A stretch of 64,000 nucleotides of DNA, from the NCBI GenBank assembly GCA_034670025.1, contig JAXMOE010000001.1:77187-141186 (forward strand), written 5' to 3'. The notes under the pieces are model-generated. The model was not told the DNA's origin. It did not search any database and saw only the letters and a list, made by a program, of their open reading frames with translations. The DNA is from Chlorobiota bacterium (GTDB lineage Bacteria > Bacteroidota > Ignavibacteria > Kapaibacteriales > UBA2268). The stretch's first letter is position 1, and each line of letters starts with the position of its first letter. Shown in pieces: positions 27,212 to 37,238 of this stretch. The translations under genes were made by a program, and so were the position numbers.

Positions 27212-30200
27212 ATGAAAAGATTATTAACCTTTTTAATTCTAACCTTTACATTCACATTATCTGCATATTCTATTGAATACTTTACGGAAGTATCCGAAGA
27301 AGCAGGACTATCTGAAATTGTGGGTTTTAGAGTTTGGTTATCCGATGTAAATGGTGATGGGTATCCTGACTACCTATATAGTGGTGACAATGGTGCAACT
27401 CATAATCATATATTTCTTTACCTGAATCAACCTAATCCTGATACAGAAAGTGAGTCGAAAAGAATATTTGTTGATTACACTGAAGAGTCGGGAATACAGA
27501 AAAGCAGAATAGATAGTGTAGATAGTAGAATAGCAGATATTGCTGCTCTAGCAGATTTGGATAATGACGGTGATTTGGATTTAGTTACAAGTATCTATGG
27601 TCATAGAGTACAAAATTACAAGAGCACTGGCGATAGAACTGAAGTGATGCTCAATGATGGCAATGGTAACTTTACTATGGTAGATGGGCACGGTCTGAAT
27701 GATTTTAATTTTCATAGCTCTCTTGATTTGGGACAAACTAACACAACTGGGCTTTCATTTCTCGACTATGATTTGGATGGGATAATTGATTTATACATAG
27801 GAACATGGTTTGCTCACTATGGTGAAGGCAGTGATAGATATATGGGCAATTTTTTATTCAAAGGCAATGGTGATGGTACCTTCCAAGAAGGAGTACAGAT
27901 TGGAGCAACAGAGCCACTTTATGGGACAAATGTTACTGATTGGAATAATGATGGATGGCCCGATTTGATTAACTCTCCTTACTGCCGTACTCCTGGTCAA
28001 TTTTTCAAAAATGTAGAGGGCACTTTTGTAGAAGCTTCAGCGGAAGCGGGATATAATGCCCAAAAATTAGGTGGCGACCACGGACAGAATCTTTGTCAGT
28101 GGGAAGCAAACCCTGGCGATTTTGACAATGATGGCGATATGGATTTGTTAGAAGTTAAAGTCCATGGCGGCTATGATGAGGGAGAGGGGAGAACAACTAT
28201 TTCCGTTAATACAGGTGCTGCCAATGGGTACAAATACGAATGGGATTTAGATAGATTGAACAGAGACGCACCAACAAATTCGCACCTTGGTGATCAGGGT
28301 GGAGCTTGGATTGATATAAATAATGATGGTTGGCAAGATGTAGTTTTGGGACAAAACTCTTACCCATCTGCGAATATTTATGGTCAAGAAAGGTTGTATA
28401 TTATGATACAAGATACTAATGGTACTTTTAATGATGTGTCGAAAAGTTCTGTATTTTTTGAAACTATGTCAGAAGCTCACTCTATGGAACCTGCAGATTA
28501 TGATTTGGATGGCGATTTGGACTTATTCCTTTCCCGTATAAACAAAGAGCAAAAAGTAGTCAATGGTGAAACTAAGGATGTGAAAGTTAACAGAATTGAA
28601 CTAATAAGAAATGATAATATTGATAATAATAACTTTATTCAAATCAAGTTAGATAAAAACAGTGCTGTTAGTGGTGCAAACGCTTCATACATAGGTGCTA
28701 AAGTATTTGTTTACATGGATGAATTTGTTCAGAAACAAGAAATACAAGCTGGAATGGGACACTTCGCAGGTATGCAGCCGTTAATCAGAACATTTGGATT
28801 AGGTCAACACACAGCAATTGATTCTGTTGTTGTTATCTATCCTAACAAGGCACAAACTCAAATTGCTATTACTGGAGTTCCGGTTAATACTCAAATGACA
28901 ATTGGCGACGAAGTAACTTATGAAAGTGTTCAAATAAATGAAGCAAAATTGATTGCTGCTAAAAGATCTGGGACATATAATTTTGGTGATAAGGATGTAA
29001 ATGAAACTTATAATGCAAATCACAGTGTTGTAAATGTTTCAGAAATTCAGGCTGATATAACTATTGACGAAGTAGAAATAATTGAAGGTGGAGAGTTCTT
29101 CTCAGTAGATGGTTCTTCGCTTCCACAAACAATAGCAAAGGGTGAAAAACTAGATATACCAATAACTTTCAGCCCTAAAGAAAGAAAATGGTACACTGGC
29201 AAAATCCTATTAAAAAATAGCTCGGACAATGCTTCAGACTTAGTACTTAACCTAAGAGGTTTTGGGTTTGAAGTAAAGCCATTAATTCTTACCAGTCATG
29301 ATGATATAGGATTTGAAAGTGTGTGGGTAGATAGTGTAACTACTGAGAAATTCGCTATTTCTAACACTGGTGAATTAGATTTAGAAATCTCTTCAATAGG
29401 TTTAGAGAACAGCACTTCTGCATTTAACTTGTCGGAAACAGGCCCAGTAACTATTGCACCACAGGAAACATTGCAGCTAGTTGCTACTTTTAATCCTGAA
29501 TCAAAAGATACTTATAGTGATAAGATAATCATAAATTCAAACGCTTATAATGCTGATACGGCTTCAACAATTGAGCTATACGGAATATGTGATGGCCCCA
29601 ACTCTGAAATCACTACAAATATTGGATTTTTAGTTAGTTTTGGAGATGTAGCAATAGATCAAGGTAAGGACTATGAAGTTACGATAGATAATGACGGTGA
29701 AGGTGAGTTAGTTGTTAGTGAAATTAGAATAGACAATAACAACAGCAATGCGTACAGCTTATCCGAAGATATTACCACTCCTTTGAGAATAGAGAAAAGT
29801 CACACAATATCAATAAATTTTAAACCAAAATTTGAAAAACTATATACTGCTGATTTTATTATTGAAAGTGATGCTGTTAATGAGCCTCAATTTTCAAAAA
29901 GAATAACTGGTACTGGTGTGTTAATGTCTAATGTAGATTTGTGGGAAAATGGTCAAAAACTCTTTAAAGTGAATCTTAGTCCAAACCCGGCAGTAAATAA
30001 TACTGTAGTTGAATTTTTGGAGTTAAGTAACTTACAATCTGTTATTACAGCTAATTTGTATGATGTAACGGGCAAATTGGTTCAAAGAATAATAAACCAA
30101 GTCAAAGCCACTGAGTTGAAAAACACAGAGATTAATCTTACTGATATTAACTCTGGTACTTATTACTTGAGAATAACTACTGACGGAGAAGCTGGAGTTA

Positions 30201-30226
30201 CAATCCCACTTAAAGTTCAAAAGTAG
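27212..30226 (+). CDS. CRTAC1/ASPIC-UnbV family secreted protein (FG-GAP/VCBS repeats, UnbV_ASPIC domain, Ig-like repeats) with C-terminal T9SS sorting domain
   Basis: 1004 aa; repeated DxDxDGxxD FG-GAP-like motifs; IGAKVFVYMDEFVQKQEIQAGMGHFAGMQPLIRTFGLG is the ASPIC/UnbV signature; C-terminus GTYYLRITTDGEAGVTIPLKVQK is a T9SS CTD. Confidence 0.8.
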   Translation: MKRLLTFLILTFTFTLSAYSIEYFTEVSEEAGLSEIVGFRVWLSDVNGDGYPDYLYSGDNGATHNHIFLYLNQPNPDTESESKRIFVDYTEESGIQKSRIDSVDSRIADIAALADLDNDGDLDLVTSIYGHRVQNYKSTGDRTEVMLNDGNGNFTMVDGHGLNDFNFHSSLDLGQTNTTGLSFLDYDLDGIIDLYIGTWFAHYGEGSDRYMGNFLFKGNGDGTFQEGVQIGATEPLYGTNVTDWNNDGWPDLINSPYCRTPGQFFKNVEGTFVEASAEAGYNAQKLGGDHGQNLCQWEANPGDFDNDGDMDLLEVKVHGGYDEGEGRTTISVNTGAANGYKYEWDLDRLNRDAPTNSHLGDQGGAWIDINNDGWQDVVLGQNSYPSANIYGQERLYIMIQDTNGTFNDVSKSSVFFETMSEAHSMEPADYDLDGDLDLFLSRINKEQKVVNGETKDVKVNRIELIRNDNIDNNNFIQIKLDKNSAVSGANASYIGAKVFVYMDEFVQKQEIQAGMGHFAGMQPLIRTFGLGQHTAIDSVVVIYPNKAQTQIAITGVPVNTQMTIGDEVTYESVQINEAKLIAAKRSGTYNFGDKDVNETYNANHSVVNVSEIQADITIDEVEIIEGGEFFSVDGSSLPQTIAKGEKLDIPITFSPKERKWYTGKILLKNSSDNASDLVLNLRGFGFEVKPLILTSHDDIGFESVWVDSVTTEKFAISNTGELDLEISSIGLENSTSAFNLSETGPVTIAPQETLQLVATFNPESKDTYSDKIIINSNAYNADTASTIELYGICDGPNSEITTNIGFLVSFGDVAIDQGKDYEVTIDNDGEGELVVSEIRIDNNNSNAYSLSEDITTPLRIEKSHTISINFKPKFEKLYTADFIIESDAVNEPQFSKRITGTGVLMSNVDLWENGQKLFKVNLSPNPAVNNTVVEFLELSNLQSVITANLYDVTGKLVQRIINQVKATELKNTEINLTDINSGTYYLRITTDGEAGVTIPLKVQK

Positions 30227-30253
30227 GTACTTAAAGCTCATAAAAAATAAAGG

Positions 30254-30291
30254 GCAGAATCTACTTTCTTTGGAGGGGTTGTAGATTCTGC
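30254..30291 (+). terminator. 11-bp perfect hairpin (GCAGAATCTAC...GTAGATTCTGC) 30 nt after the T9SS gene stop; possible terminator lacking a U-tract
   Basis: Seen in sequence; 16-nt loop; no T-run follows. Confidence 0.35.
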
Positions 30292-30478
30292 TCTTGGGCT
30301 TAAAATGAATAATTATAATACGCTTGATAAATTGAATAGTTATCACAAAAGGCAAATAAAATAAAAAAACTACAATATTTTACATTTTATTTGTAATTTG
30401 TTGAGTGTGTTTATTGCAGTTGCTACCATTTTACTGCTGCAAATATTTATTTAAAATAACTACGAGTACGGAGTAAAA

Positions 30479-31132
30479 TTGATTTCAATTCTGGATCTAA
30501 TAGGTCATTTATTTAATATTCTTTATGTAGTTGGATCAACTTTCAAAAAGATGATTTGGCTCAGAAGTACATTGATGCTTGCCTCTGCTCTGGAGATATA
30601 TTATTATTGGAATATCACCGATTCACCACTTTGGACTGATATTATTTGGTCTATCGTATTTATTTTGACTAACCTTTGGTGGGTGACGGTACTATATTAT
30701 GAGAAATTGACTCTCAACTTGGGTGAAGTAGAAAAGAAAATGTTAGAAAAGACATTTAGTAAAATGAACCCTATTCACTTTAAGAAATTAGTTAGATTAA
30801 GCACAAAAAAAGTTGTCCCTGAAAACACAAACCTTATAAAAGAAAAAACAAGTATCAATGAACTAATGCTTATTACCTCTGGTTTAGTAAAAATAACAAG
30901 AAATGATAAGATACTGGCTTATCTGAAAGATGGGAGATTTGTTGGCGAAATGAGCTTTATGTCTGGAGAAACTACAACAGCCGATGTTGACACTTTAGAA
31001 GAAACTGAAATGATAGTATGGGACAAAAATGAACTAAAAGAGTTCTTAAAAAAGAATGATGGAATAAAGAAAGAGCTAAACGATGTGTTTAGTGAAGATT
31101 TGATTAAAAAGTTAGTTGCTGACACAGACTAA
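30479..31132 (+). CDS. Membrane protein with 3 N-terminal TM helices fused to a cyclic-nucleotide-binding-like (CNB/Popeye-like) domain
   Basis: 217 aa; TM segments in the first ~90 aa; LITSGLVKITRNDKILAYLKDGRFVGEMSFMSGETTTADVDTLEETEMIVW resembles a CNB beta-roll with a noncanonical phosphate-binding cassette (Thr in place of Arg). Confidence 0.6.
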   Translation: MISILDLIGHLFNILYVVGSTFKKMIWLRSTLMLASALEIYYYWNITDSPLWTDIIWSIVFILTNLWWVTVLYYEKLTLNLGEVEKKMLEKTFSKMNPIHFKKLVRLSTKKVVPENTNLIKEKTSINELMLITSGLVKITRNDKILAYLKDGRFVGEMSFMSGETTTADVDTLEETEMIVWDKNELKEFLKKNDGIKKELNDVFSEDLIKKLVADTD

Positions 31133-31950
31133 AACTTATAGACTTTTCCTGCTTTAGCCAATCCTTTGAATTTACTTGTTTTATCAGTATGCTTTTCAAA
31201 ATCATCACCATAATGCATTAGATACATGCTATCTTTTACTTCAGTGTCTAAATCTAACAATTCATCAATATTTGCGTGTACAGGATTGAATCCAAAAGCA
31301 CAGTCGTGAAAATAGATTTCTGCACCTTTCCTTCTGTAATGTTCGATTAACTCTTTATCAAACTTAGTATCACCAGAAAAGAAAATTTTGTCATCTATAA
31401 ACAGGCCATAAGTTATAAATGCTTGCTCTATATTGTTAGCTTCACTTGGTATGTGGTTTGTTTGAAAATATTCTAACTTTATACCATTGTATTCAATTTT
31501 GAATATAGTTCTACCTTCGTTTACCTCTTCTGGATTTATAACTTTAAAGTAATCTTTTATTCCCATCACTCCGTTCTGAAATCCTAACTCGTTGTATTTC
31601 AGACCGCCTTTGAGTGATTCATTCCACAATACGTCTTCGTATTCTTTAGGAACAATCAGATTCAATGAAGATTGCCCAATTGGTTGCTTCATATAACGAT
31701 TTTTCAATGTAAGGAATTCTAATCCACCTACATGGTCAGAGTGGCTATGTGTTGGTAAGATTGTATCAATATCCAATATATCCATACCAGTCATTTCTTC
31801 AAAGTTATAAGGTGCAGTAATACCAAAATCAACCAAGATGTGTTTGTCACCTTTTTTGATTAAAATATTATTGTTTCCCAAAGTCTGAGTAAACGCGGTA
31901 CCAGTACCGATAAAGATTATTTCTAACTGATTTTGATTTTCTTTATTCAA
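31129..31950 (-). CDS. MBL-fold metallo-hydrolase
   Basis: 273 aa; HSHSDHVGG (HxHxDH) metallo-beta-lactamase motif. Confidence 0.8.
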   Translation of the reverse strand: MNKENQNQLEIIFIGTGTAFTQTLGNNNILIKKGDKHILVDFGITAPYNFEEMTGMDILDIDTILPTHSHSDHVGGLEFLTLKNRYMKQPIGQSSLNLIVPKEYEDVLWNESLKGGLKYNELGFQNGVMGIKDYFKVINPEEVNEGRTIFKIEYNGIKLEYFQTNHIPSEANNIEQAFITYGLFIDDKIFFSGDTKFDKELIEHYRRKGAEIYFHDCAFGFNPVHANIDELLDLDTEVKDSMYLMHYGDDFEKHTDKTSKFKGLAKAGKVYKF

Positions 31951-32125
31951 TTTAGTCTTGATTTGTTTGTCTTTTATTCTAACATATCAATATATGTGCC
32001 AACAAAAATAAGTAAATAAATTCTGAAATTCACAGAATTAACTATTATTAACTTATTAATATACAAAAATTAATGGGAAATACTTTATAATTTGTAAAAA
32101 TAATTAATGTTTTGTGAGTGGTTTT

Positions 32126-32680
32126 CTAAATAGTATGTTCAAGAAGTGTGATTTTAGAAGCTCCAAATACTTTTTCTTTTACCAAAATGAAATTTTCATT
32201 TGGATTTAATTTCTCTTCAACGGAAGTTTCAAGTACCAAAAACCCTTCATTAGGTAGCAAATTACACTCACTCACGGTTTCTATTATCTCATTAGCTGAT
32301 TGTAAATGATATGGTGCATCGCTAAATATTATATTATACACGTCAACATGTTCAGATTTTAGAAACTTGATTACATCTGTTTTGATAATATTGTAATCAT
32401 CAGAGGGGACATTTAATTCACTCAAAAAGTTTTTTAAATTAGCGACTTGTTTGCTACCTTTCTCAACGAATGTACAGTGCTTTGAGCCACGACTAAGAAA
32501 TTCGATTCCTACAAGACCAGAGCCAGCGTAGCAGTCCAATACTTTTTTATCTTCAAAGTAGATATAATTATCTAACATACTGAATATTGCTTCACGCGAT
32601 TTGTCAGTGGTGGGTCGAGTTCCATTGGGCATTTTCTTTTTTAATACCCTTCCGCCATATTTACCAGTTATTACTCTCAA
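32126..32680 (-). CDS. rsmD: 16S rRNA (guanine966-N2)-methyltransferase
   Basis: 184 aa; VLDCYAGSGLVGIEFLSRG SAM-binding motif and DAPY (DPPY-type) catalytic motif. Confidence 0.8.
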   Translation of the reverse strand: MRVITGKYGGRVLKKKMPNGTRPTTDKSREAIFSMLDNYIYFEDKKVLDCYAGSGLVGIEFLSRGSKHCTFVEKGSKQVANLKNFLSELNVPSDDYNIIKTDVIKFLKSEHVDVYNIIFSDAPYHLQSANEIIETVSECNLLPNEGFLVLETSVEEKLNPNENFILVKEKVFGASKITLLEHTI

Positions 32681-33597
32681 AACTCAAATATTCTTCCGCT
32701 ATCAAAGCCCATTAGTGTGCCACCAACTACTGGGGAGTATAAATGGGCAGTTCTTATGCAGTAATCTTTCATTCGCTTATCTACGTTGGCTCTTACCAAA
32801 CGGAACGAGTGAATCCTCGAAAAGCTTAATGAAGATTCAGAATTTAATTTCACGATAAACCCTTTAGTTAACTTTGATCCTGACAAAAGTAAATTACCAG
32901 GACTAATTCCATCATTTTTAACTTCATCAATAAGGTCTATAATATTCTTTATTAGTACTTCATCTTCTTCAGATTTCAGTAAGTTATAGTAATATGTCTT
33001 ATTGTCAGTGCTAATGGTAATATCACAAAATTCTTCTTCCTTATTTATTAGCAGTGAGTACAGATGGCTAGAATCTGGGTAGTTATATTCTATAGTATTT
33101 TGGCTTGCTAACTGAGAAGTAATAATGTAGTTTGGCTCTAATCCTACTATTTCTAATACTTTTTTACAGTTGTCTAATATTTCTTTTCTGAAGTAAATTA
33201 CAAATAACTGCTCATTATCATCTTCATCTGTAAGTCCATAAGGGTAAATCCTAAATTCAAAATCATTCAGATTAAAAGACTTTACATTGTTTTTGATTTC
33301 TAATTCTAATAGATTTTTTATGTCTTCATTAGGTGTGTCTAAACTTCCTGGTATTACTGTCCAAAAAGAATCTTCATTGTCCAAAACTATATTAAGTTCA
33401 GAGACATTTATGTCAAATTGCTTTAAAGTTCTGCTTAATTGATTAGTTGCCTTTTTGGAATTATCAGAATCAATGTCATCTAAGTCAATAGGGTCGAGTG
33501 TAGTTGCTAAATCTAATAAAGAAATCCCTTTGTTAGTTCTTTGGAATAAACCACAATAAACTTTGTCTGAACTAAAAAAAATAGATAGAGAAACCAT
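32677..33597 (-). CDS. Hypothetical protein (DUF3822-like, commonly upstream of rsmD in Bacteroidota)
   Basis: 306 aa; no catalytic motif; 4-nt overlap with rsmD suggests an operon. Confidence 0.4.
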   Translation of the reverse strand: MVSLSIFFSSDKVYCGLFQRTNKGISLLDLATTLDPIDLDDIDSDNSKKATNQLSRTLKQFDINVSELNIVLDNEDSFWTVIPGSLDTPNEDIKNLLELEIKNNVKSFNLNDFEFRIYPYGLTDEDDNEQLFVIYFRKEILDNCKKVLEIVGLEPNYIITSQLASQNTIEYNYPDSSHLYSLLINKEEEFCDITISTDNKTYYYNLLKSEEDEVLIKNIIDLIDEVKNDGISPGNLLLSGSKLTKGFIVKLNSESSLSFSRIHSFRLVRANVDKRMKDYCIRTAHLYSPVVGGTLMGFDSGRIFEF

Positions 33598-33647
33598 AGA
33601 AGATTAACTTCGATTAATTAATATAATTTCACAAAGTTAATAAAAAT

Positions 33648-35885
33648 TTACAACTGTGAGCGAGAAATCTTCGCAAATTCGAAAACTTTAAATGCAAGCT
33701 CAGATTGCAATTCAAAATCCGAAATCAAGTTCAGCATAATTATACTTCGTCTTACTGTCGATTTTTGTTTCTTTATTCGCTTTAATTGGTTTCTGTAAAG
33801 CTCTGTTGTGTCATTTGTAAATTCCTTATACAAGATTTTTACATGCTCATAATTATCAAAATTATAATCGTTGAAAGATTTGATTAATTCCTGATAATAA
33901 TTCTGGAATTTTGCGTTTAGCTCAACTAATAGCTCTACTTCATCTTCAGTCAGAGGTTTATGATTATTATTTACGTACTTATAATTCTGTGACACAGAAT
34001 GATACAATTTATCTGAAATATCTTGCAGAGATATTGTCATCCTAATAGCAATATTAGCAAATTCGGAATCTTCGTATTCAAATTTATTAATGAGCTTTAT
34101 GATATTAGAGTTGAGAGCAACAATATGATTTTCAACTTCGTGCGCCTTTTTCTTTGACTTCTTCAGTTTTTTCAAGTCTTCAGAAATTAGTCCAGTATTC
34201 CCTAAAACAAATATCTTTGATACGGATGATAAGTATTCCGAAACTTCAAGCATAATCTTCTTGTTCGCAAGTTCGTTGTCAGTTTCTTCTTTCTTAGTTT
34301 TTAGTTCTGCTTCTCTGTGTTTTTCTTCTTTTGCTTTGTGGTACTTGGCACTTCTGTAAACTACAAATGCAGTTAAAGCAAACACAGCTATCAATCCTAC
34401 CCATTGACCGTAGTAAATAGTGAAGCATATAATCATAGCTCCAACTGTACCGAATATAGCAGTCACGAACCACCCACCTACTACAGTAAGTACACCAGAA
34501 ACTCTATAAACAGCACTGTCTCTACCCCAAGCTTTGTCGGGAAGAGCAGCTGCCATAGCAACGATGAAAGTGACATAAGTAGTTGAAAGAGGCAATTTCA
34601 AATATGTAGCAAATGATATAAGAGCTGATGAAACAAAAAGAATAACTGCAGCCCTAAGTAAATCGAAAGCAGGGACAACGCCGTTTACATCGGCTGTAGG
34701 TTGGTATTTAGTGATGTCAAATCTTGAATTTACAAATCTAATTACTGATTTCGGTATTATTCTTTTTATTTCACTGAATATGCCGTAAGTCATTCTAACT
34801 AATGAACGAGCAATGGCGTTAGATTCAAATCTTTCGTACCCTTCATCTTGTCGGCCTAAACTAATAGTCGTAGCTGAAACTGATCTTGCCTTTTTTGATA
34901 AAAATAGAGTTGCAACCATAATACCTCCAGATAACAGAAGTATTAGGGTGTTGGCAGGCATTTTCCCTTGCATCAGTGACATATCTGCTGTTAGAGGATT
35001 AGATGTTGCCTGAGCAATGTCATAAGCACTAAGTGCAGCAATAGGTGCACCAATAAAATTTACCAAGTCATTGGCTGCAAAAGCCATAGCAAGAGCAAAT
35101 GTGCCGATTAATACAATTAGTTTTAAAACATTTATTTTTGTGACTCTTTGGAGTAGAAACAATATTACAGTCCAGAACGCATAGAGATATAAGAATATAA
35201 CGCCCATATTCTGCTCAAAATACAGTTTGAAATCTCCTTTCATAAAGTCTGTATTCTTAGCACCTTTGAGCATAATGAAAAATGATATAGCTGTCAGAGC
35301 TAACGCACCCCATAGTGCTCCATATCTATTAAATCTTTTTTCGAAGTCGAAAGAAAATAGTAATCTGGTTAAGTATTGAACCAATATTCCAAAAACAAAC
35401 GCCATCAGAATAGAGAGCAAAATAGCAAGTATTATAGTCAGTACCATACTGACATTCATGTACATTGCTAATTCGTTATAATCACCAGTAGTTTGAGATA
35501 TTTTTATAATACTCATTGCCAGTCCAGAACCAAATAGCCCAAACACTATGGAAACAGTGGTAGAAGTGGGGAGTCCAAATGTGTTAAATGTGTCTAAGAG
35601 CAGTATATCTAAGAACATGACCGAAACAAAAATTATCATAAGTTCGGGCATTAGGAAGAACTGAGGGTTGAATATTCCTTTCCGGGCGACCTCCATCATA
35701 CCCCCTGATACCATAACGCCAATCAGGACACCAAAGGCGGCGACTATCATTATTGTTCTTAGCTTTGCTACGTTTGCACCAATAGCAGAGTTTAAAAAGT
35801 TTACTGCATCGTTAGCAACACCAACAGTAAGGTCTAATATTGCTAAGAATATCAGAATAATAAGGATTATTAGGTTAATATCCAC
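33648..35885 (-). CDS. Inorganic phosphate transporter, PiT family, with C-terminal PhoU-like cytoplasmic extension
   Basis: 745 aa; duplicated GANDVANA-type motifs (GVANDAVNFL, AFAANDLVNFIGAP); multi-TM; C-terminal ~230 aa helical and charged. Confidence 0.85.
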   Translation of the reverse strand: MDINLIILIILIFLAILDLTVGVANDAVNFLNSAIGANVAKLRTIMIVAAFGVLIGVMVSGGMMEVARKGIFNPQFFLMPELMIIFVSVMFLDILLLDTFNTFGLPTSTTVSIVFGLFGSGLAMSIIKISQTTGDYNELAMYMNVSMVLTIILAILLSILMAFVFGILVQYLTRLLFSFDFEKRFNRYGALWGALALTAISFFIMLKGAKNTDFMKGDFKLYFEQNMGVIFLYLYAFWTVILFLLQRVTKINVLKLIVLIGTFALAMAFAANDLVNFIGAPIAALSAYDIAQATSNPLTADMSLMQGKMPANTLILLLSGGIMVATLFLSKKARSVSATTISLGRQDEGYERFESNAIARSLVRMTYGIFSEIKRIIPKSVIRFVNSRFDITKYQPTADVNGVVPAFDLLRAAVILFVSSALISFATYLKLPLSTTYVTFIVAMAAALPDKAWGRDSAVYRVSGVLTVVGGWFVTAIFGTVGAMIICFTIYYGQWVGLIAVFALTAFVVYRSAKYHKAKEEKHREAELKTKKEETDNELANKKIMLEVSEYLSSVSKIFVLGNTGLISEDLKKLKKSKKKAHEVENHIVALNSNIIKLINKFEYEDSEFANIAIRMTISLQDISDKLYHSVSQNYKYVNNNHKPLTEDEVELLVELNAKFQNYYQELIKSFNDYNFDNYEHVKILYKEFTNDTTELYRNQLKRIKKQKSTVRRSIIMLNLISDFELQSELAFKVFEFAKISRSQL

Positions 35886-36007
35886 TTAGATTATTTTTCT
35901 TTTGTTTGCGAATTATGACTGTCCAAATATAAAAAGATATATTTAGAGAATAAATTGTTTAGTACAGTTTAACACAATCTTAACAGTTCTACTGATTACA
36001 ATATTAG

Positions 36008-37147
36008 CTAATTAATAAAATCAAGATACTTGGAAGTAATGCTGTCGCAGAGTGCATAGCCCTTTGAGGTAAGTTTATATTTATTATTATATTTTTCCAA
36101 ATATTCATCTGTTAATAACTGATTAGTAAAAGTTTTACTTCTCTGCTCAAAATTTGGGGATAGGGTTGAAATAGCTTCTTGGTTCAGCCCCTCTGCTCTC
36201 AATCCTAATATTACTAATTCTTCCAGTTCATCTTTAGGTGTAATATCGTATTTATCAATAATTGGTAGTTTGCCTTCTGCAATGTATTTATAATACATTT
36301 GTAAGTTAGAGACATTCCGAAAACGTGATTTGTTGAAAAATCCGTGAGAAGATGCACCAAATGCTAAGTATTCTCCGGAACGCCAAGTGTTCAAATTGTG
36401 CTCACATCTGTTGTCATTTTTAGAAAAATTAGATATTTCGTAGTGTTGAAACCCTTTTTCTGATAGTATTTCAATCGCTGTAAAGTACATAAACTCATCT
36501 ACCTCATCATTATATTTTACTACTTTACCACTTTGCATTTTGTTCCAAAGAGGAGTGTTTTCTTCAAAGGTTAAATTGTAAGTTGATAGGTGATTAGTAC
36601 CCATATCCAATGCTTTTTCGAGTGAGTAAGTCCAAGAAGAGAGTGATTGCCCAGGTACAGAGAATATTAGGTCGAGGTTGATTGTTTCTATTCCACTTCG
36701 AACAGCTGCTGCGAGTGCTTTTTCAGCTATTTTGGGAGAATGGTTTCTTTTTAGAATACCGAGCTCACGCTTCACGAAGCTTTGTACACCTATACTAATT
36801 CTATTTACACCAATTGATTTGTATTCATTTAGCTTTGGCAAATCCAAAGAAGCAGGGTTTGATTCCATACTTATTTCTATGTCATCAGTAAAAGTAAATG
36901 ATTGTTTTAGCTTTGAGATAACCGTTGCTAATTGCTCTGGGGAGAGTAAGGAAGGAGTCCCACCGCCAATGAAAACACTGTCAATTTTTAACTCATTTCC
37001 GTTCTGTTCAACAAAAATATCTATTTCTTTGAGTAGATAGTTTATATAATTATCTAATTCATCATTCTCATTTTTAAGAATAAAGAAATCGCAGTAGCTA
37101 CAAATAGTGCTACAAAATGGAATATGAATGTATAGTCCTCTGGTCAA
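36008..37147 (-). CDS. hemW: Radical SAM heme chaperone HemW (HemN-like, oxygen-independent coproporphyrinogen-III oxidase family)
   Basis: 379 aa; YIHIPFCSTICSYCDF CxxxCxxC cluster motif near the N-terminus; GGGTPS. Confidence 0.85.
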   Translation of the reverse strand: MTRGLYIHIPFCSTICSYCDFFILKNENDELDNYINYLLKEIDIFVEQNGNELKIDSVFIGGGTPSLLSPEQLATVISKLKQSFTFTDDIEISMESNPASLDLPKLNEYKSIGVNRISIGVQSFVKRELGILKRNHSPKIAEKALAAAVRSGIETINLDLIFSVPGQSLSSWTYSLEKALDMGTNHLSTYNLTFEENTPLWNKMQSGKVVKYNDEVDEFMYFTAIEILSEKGFQHYEISNFSKNDNRCEHNLNTWRSGEYLAFGASSHGFFNKSRFRNVSNLQMYYKYIAEGKLPIIDKYDITPKDELEELVILGLRAEGLNQEAISTLSPNFEQRSKTFTNQLLTDEYLEKYNNKYKLTSKGYALCDSITSKYLDFIN

Positions 37148-37238
37148 AATATGTATTTTTATTTTATTAAATAATTGAATTAGCTATATTCAAATATAAG
37201 TTTTTTAAACTTATATTAATTAAATAACAAATAGTAAT

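Noticed and set aside
30414-30442. Imperfect inverted repeat TTGCAGTTGC...GCTGCAA upstream of the CNBD membrane protein gene as a Crp-like operator
   Set aside because: The arms are short and imperfect and there is no second copy, so evidence for a regulatory site is insufficient.
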